From: Alphaproteobacteria bacterium
Lineage (GTDB): Bacteria > Pseudomonadota > Alphaproteobacteria > Bin95
Length of the DNA: 64,000 nucleotides
Direction: 5' to 3'
Assembly (NCBI GenBank): GCA_965205265.1
Contig: CBDBGH010000003.1
Location: 64,001 to 128,000 of the forward strand
How positions within the stretch are numbered: the stretch's first letter is position 1; the number at the start of each line of letters is the position of its first letter. This document shows, one piece after another, positions 60,295 to 64,000 of this stretch. The translations under genes and the position numbers were made by a program. The notes under the pieces were generated by a model, which did no database searches, was not told the origin of the DNA, and saw only the letters and a program-made list of their open reading frames with translations.

Positions 60295-61341
60295 ATGCGC
60301 ATCCCCGCCGGCCTCGTCCTCGCCGCCCTCATCGCGCTTGCCGCCGCGCCCGCGCCCGCCGCCGATGCCGGCCCCGACCCGTTCTGGCGTAAGGCCTGGC
60401 CGAACACGGATTTCAGCCGCCATTCCGTGCCGTTCGAGGAGATCGCGTCGGGCGGCGTCGCGCGCGACCAGATCCCGCCCATCGACGATCCGGTCTTCGT
60501 CTCCGTGGCGGAGGCGGAGAAGCTGATCGCGCCGACCGAGCCGGTGATTTCGCTGGCGGTGGACGGCGCGCGCCGCGCCTATCCGCTGGCGATCCTGATC
60601 TGGCACGAGATCGTGAACGACACCATTGCCGGCAAGCCCGTGGCGGTCACCTACTGCCCGCTCTGCGATGCGGCGCTGGTGTTCGACCGGCGGGTCGCGG
60701 GCCGGGTGCTCGATTTCGGCACGACGGGGCTCTTGCGCTTCTCCGACCTCGTGATGTGGGACCGGCAGACGGAAAGCTGGTGGCAGCAGTTCCTGGGCGA
60801 GGCGATGGTGGGCGAGCTGACGGGCGAGCGGCTGACCATGCTGCCCTCGCGCGTCGAGAGCTTCGCGCGCTTCGCCGCCGCCGCGCCGGACGGCGAGGTG
60901 CTGATGCCGAACGACAACACGCTGCGCAGCTACGGCTCGAACCCCTATGCCGGCTATGACGGCGCGCACTGGCCGTTCCTCTACCGGGGCGCCTATCCGC
61001 TGGCGGCGGTGCCGCCGCTGGCGCGCGTCGCCATGGTCGGCAGGCAGGCCTGGACGGTGGAGCTGCTCAAGCAGGAGAAGCGCATCGAGGCGGGCGACCT
61101 CGTGCTGGAATGGGCGCCCGGCCAGAACTCGGCGCTCGACAAGGGGGTGATCCGCGAGGGCCGCGACATCGGCAATGTCACCGTGCGGCGCCGCGCGGCG
61201 GACGGAAGCCTGGTCGATGCCGTCCATGACGTCACCTTCGCCTTCGCCTTCCTCGCCTTCGTGCCGGACGGCGTCATCCGCACCGTCTGCGGCCCGCATG
61301 TGAAGCAGGAAAACCTGCCGGAGAACCTCGCCTGCGGGTAG
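60295..61341 (+). CDS. Secreted DUF3179-like protein
   Basis: Signal peptide; IPPIDDP, RAYPL.IL.WHEIVND, YCPLC, DRQTESWWQQ. Confidence 0.85.
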   Translation: MRIPAGLVLAALIALAAAPAPAADAGPDPFWRKAWPNTDFSRHSVPFEEIASGGVARDQIPPIDDPVFVSVAEAEKLIAPTEPVISLAVDGARRAYPLAILIWHEIVNDTIAGKPVAVTYCPLCDAALVFDRRVAGRVLDFGTTGLLRFSDLVMWDRQTESWWQQFLGEAMVGELTGERLTMLPSRVESFARFAAAAPDGEVLMPNDNTLRSYGSNPYAGYDGAHWPFLYRGAYPLAAVPPLARVAMVGRQAWTVELLKQEKRIEAGDLVLEWAPGQNSALDKGVIREGRDIGNVTVRRRAADGSLVDAVHDVTFAFAFLAFVPDGVIRTVCGPHVKQENLPENLACG

Positions 61342-61450
61342 CGGCCGGCGGCCCGCGGTTAGTGGATAGTGGCCGGTGGATAGCGTTTCTGCCGGCCTGC
61401 ATATCCACTGTCCGCTATTCGCTAACCACCGATCGCTGGCCACCGGCCTC
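61334..61450. repeat. Inverted arrays of degenerate 7-mers
   Basis: Seven G(C/T)GGNNN units (61334-61382) then seven mostly inverse units (TATCCAC TGTCCGC TATTCGC TAACCAC CGATCGC TGGCCAC CGGCCTC, 61402-61450). Confidence 0.75.
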
Positions 61451-61461
61451 CCCTTCGCCTG

Positions 61462-61531
61462 TGTCATGAGATGTCATGATGTGTCATGAGGCGCGCCGGG
61501 CCTCCCCCGCAATGTGTCATGGGATGTCATG
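61462..61531. repeat. TGTCATG array with 10-bp phasing
   Basis: Copies at 61462, 61472, 61482 and at 61515, 61525. Confidence 0.9.
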
Positions 61532-61627
61532 TTTTGCATGCGGACGGCGCATAGCCTGTAACCGTTTCGGGCATGGGGCCGCCCTTCCCGGAATCCCCCG
61601 CCTTCGCCCGGCCGGGGCGGAAGCGGG

Positions 61628-61660
61628 CCCTCACCCGGCCTCTCCCGCGAGCGGGAGAGG
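61628..61660. repeat. Proteobacterial REP-like palindrome
   Basis: CCCTCACCCGGCCTCTCCCGCGAGCGGGAGAGG. Confidence 0.75.
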
Positions 61661-61694
61661 AGAGTTTGAGCCTCCTGCCTGCCTCCTGCATGTC

Positions 61695-61967
61695 GTTCCT
61701 CCATCGCGTTTCGTTCCCTCGTCGCTCCGTTCTCCCCGCCGCCGTGTTTGGCGCGGCGGGACCCTGATTCGCGCGTAATGCGCGCCCGCGCCCCCGCGCC
61801 CGTGGGCGCGCGTTTCGCGCCGGCGCGGTTTGCGCGCCTGATTGCCCGGGTGCGCCCGCGCGCGCGAGCCGGACGCAGGGCGCACCTCGCCCGCTGGCCG
61901 AATCGGGGGCTTTTCCGCGCCGGCGCCGACGCGGGGGGAAGCGGCCTCCGGATGCCTCTTCCCCCAT
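61695..61967 (-). ncRNA. Candidate structured RNA / leader, copy B of the dispersed family
   Basis: Homologous to 52776-53045. Confidence 0.5.
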
Positions 61968-61971
61968 GTTT

Positions 61972-62010
61972 GTTCCTGATTTATTCTAACATGGCTTGGC
62001 CGAAACGCAA
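61972..62010 (-). promoter_or_regulatory. Promoter TTGCGT-N16-(TGT)TAGAAT with LexA-like GAAT-N7-GAAC overlapping the -10
   Basis: -35 at 62010-62005, -10 at 61988-61983, box at 61972-61986 (one mismatch). Confidence 0.7.
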
Positions 62011-62066
62011 GTCTATCGAACCAATTTTTCCTGTTTTCCTGTCATGAGGTTGACATTGAAAGAAAA

Positions 62067-62260
62067 ATTACCGAGTGCCGTATCCATCCTTCCCCGTCCA
62101 GCCGCCCCGCTTACGGGCGGCCGGCTTCTTCAAGGTCCGCAAGCATCTCTTCGACGGTGGCGAAGCGCGCCCTGCCGGCCTTCACGATGTCATCGGCCTC
62201 GACCATGGCCGCACGGGTCCCGGCGCCGAGTTGCACATAGAGCGGAGAATGCGGCAGGCG
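62067..62260 (-). pseudogene. Relic of RelB/DinJ antitoxin C-terminus plus first codons of a YafQ-like toxin
   Basis: ...GAGTRAAMVEADDIVKAGRARFATVEEMLADLEEAGRP* (stop 62111) with overlapping LKKPAARKR start. Confidence 0.6.
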
Positions 62261-62287
62261 GTAGTCGCCACCTGACAGACCAGTGTT

Positions 62288-62630
62288 TCAGTCGAACAGG
62301 TCACCAGTGGTATCGACTGTTGGCCACCTTCGTTGATATCGGACTTCCTCGTAGCGATCCCGTGCTAACGCTCTGGCGTGTTGTGCCAGCCGTGCATCAT
62401 GCATCCATCGCGCTTTCCGGTTCTCTTCGAACAATCCCTTCATGGTCAACTTCGCGCCCTTTCGACCATTGCAGGGCCGACAAAGCAGGACACGGTTGGA
62501 AATGTCGTTCTCGCCGCCATCCGCACGAGGCTGGATGTGATCAAGCTCCATGAAGGGCGTCTCCAGCTCCCGGCCGCATCCAGCGCACAAGATAAGGCCC
62601 TCGGTAATGCTCTGCGCCTCGGTCAACTCT
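62288..62630 (-). pseudogene. HNH endonuclease domain, 5'-truncated by IS1634
   Basis: CAGC...LDHIQPRADGGENDISNRVLLCRPCNGRKG; frame abuts the IS end at 62631. Confidence 0.8.
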
Positions 62631-64000
62631 CCTGACTTCGACGGTTGGGCTGACTTCTGACCGATCTCGCGTCTGGAGTTTTCAGTAAAGCCAATGAGTT
62701 GGCAGTTGCGGTGCGGTCAAGCTGCGTTGTAGTGCCTAGTAAATCTTTGAGACTGTCAATGCCTCCGCCACGCGCTACACTCCCCCCATGTTCGTGCGCA
62801 TCAAGACCTCCCCCAACAGCCCGCGACGCTCGGTCCAGATCGTCGAGGCCGTGCGCGACGGCGGCAAGGTCCGACAGCGCATCGTCCGCCATGTCGGCGT
62901 GGCCATGGACGAGGACGAGCTCGAGCGCCTGAGGCAGCTCGGCGAGTACGTCAAGGCGAAGCTGGAGGACGAGCGTCAGCCGGCATTGTTTGCGCCCGAG
63001 AAGATCGCTGAGCAGGCGATCCGTGTCGGCCGCCGGGGGGACGGCAAGGAGGAACTCCCGGTCGACCTCAAGCAGCTTGAAGAGGAGCAGCGCCTGATCA
63101 CAGGCATCCACGAGGTCTATGGCGAGATCTACCGGCTGCTGGGCCTCGACGCGCTGCTGCCGCGCTCGCGCTACCGGGCCTCCCATGACGCGCTGTTCCA
63201 TGTGGTGATGGCGCGGGTAGCCAACCCCGACAGCAAGCGGGGCAGCGTGCGCCGGCTCGAGGAGGACTTCGGCGTGAGTCTTCCGCTCGAGAAGGTCTAC
63301 CGGATGATGGATCAGCTCGACGCGACGGTGATCGAGCGACTGCGCACGCGCGTCGGCGAGGCGAGCCGGTCGCTGCTGCCGGAGCCGGTCGCGATCCTCT
63401 TCTTCGATTGCACCACGCTCTACTTCGAGACGGCCGCCGAGGACGAGCTTCGCCAGCACGGCTTCAGCAAGGACGGCAAACACAAGGACTCGCAGGTTCT
63501 GCTGGCGCTGATGGTGACGCGCGAAGGGCTGCCGATCAGCTACGAGGTCTTCCCCGGCGCCACCTACGAGGGACACAGCATGGTCCCGGTCCTGCAGGAC
63601 ATGCAGCGCCGCCACCAGGTGGAGCGCACGGTATGCGTGGCCGACCGGGGCATGCTGAGCGCCGACAACCTCGACGCCATGGACGCCATCGGCGGCGAGT
63701 ATGTCGTCGGCGCGCGGCTGCGCAAGCTGCCGCTCGCGCTGCTGGGGCAGGTTCTCGACCCCGGGACCTATGCCCCGCTGGAGGGCTCACAGGACCGCCG
63801 GGTCGGCGAGTGGGAGTACAAGGGCCGTCGCCTGATCGTCGTCTTCTGCCCCCAGCGCGCACGCAAGGACGCGCACGAGCGCCGCCATCAGGTGGAACGC
63901 CTGCTCGACAGGCTGGCCCGCAGCGACAATCCCAGGGAACTGCTCTCCAATCACGGGGCGAAGCGCTTCATCGCCGTCGAGGGCGACGCACGGCTCACGG
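62631..64000 (+). mobile_element. IS1634-family insertion sequence (left part)
   Basis: End-like sequence CCTGACTTCGAC at 62631, followed by the transposase. Confidence 0.85.
62788..64000 (+). CDS. IS1634-family transposase (runs off window end; not in ORF track)
   Basis: MFVRIKTSPNSPRRSVQIVEAVRDGGKVRQRIVRHVG..., PDSK, FFDCTTLYFE, GFSKDGK, GLPISYEVFPG, VADRGM. Confidence 0.93.
   Translation, partial: MFVRIKTSPNSPRRSVQIVEAVRDGGKVRQRIVRHVGVAMDEDELERLRQLGEYVKAKLEDERQPALFAPEKIAEQAIRVGRRGDGKEELPVDLKQLEEEQRLITGIHEVYGEIYRLLGLDALLPRSRYRASHDALFHVVMARVANPDSKRGSVRRLEEDFGVSLPLEKVYRMMDQLDATVIERLRTRVGEASRSLLPEPVAILFFDCTTLYFETAAEDELRQHGFSKDGKHKDSQVLLALMVTREGLPISYEVFPGATYEGHSMVPVLQDMQRRHQVERTVCVADRGMLSADNLDAMDAIGGEYVVGARLRKLPLALLGQVLDPGTYAPLEGSQDRRVGEWEYKGRRLIVVFCPQRARKDAHERRHQVERLLDRLARSDNPRELLSNHGAKRFIAVEGDARLT

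Noticed and set aside
62623-63862. Minus-strand ORFs of 330 and 108 aa
   Set aside because: Antisense to the IS1634 transposase

Overview
GC-rich chromosomal window, most consistent with an alphaproteobacterium (dapF-mtaB-ftsY, cimA-trmJ-type genes, tRNA-Thr, alphaproteobacterial palindromic repeats). Most of it is catabolic/transport cargo: Liv-type, polyamine-type and peptide-type ABC systems, CoA-transferase, class III aminotransferase, MlrC peptidase, single-chain acyl-CoA carboxylase with mmsA, amidase, CoA ligase with GMC oxidoreductase, LLM, and YbdK-type ligase. Mobile DNA comprises a complete IS4-family element with a 10-bp target duplication, the left part of an IS1634-family element that cuts an HNH gene, a tyrosine-integrase relic, three intact toxin-antitoxin-like pairs and a dinJ-yafQ-like relic. 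The most unusual signal is non-coding. Four strong sigma70-type promoters lead into GC-rich tracts that fall into two homologous pairs (52776-53160 with 61462-61970; ~430-675 with 43098-43300). Three promoter regions carry near-consensus alphaproteobacterial LexA boxes. One pair ends in 10-bp-phased CATGACA arrays; the other sits next to IS630-type HTH genes with no visible catalytic domain. All calls come from reading motifs by eye; no database search or folding computation was run.
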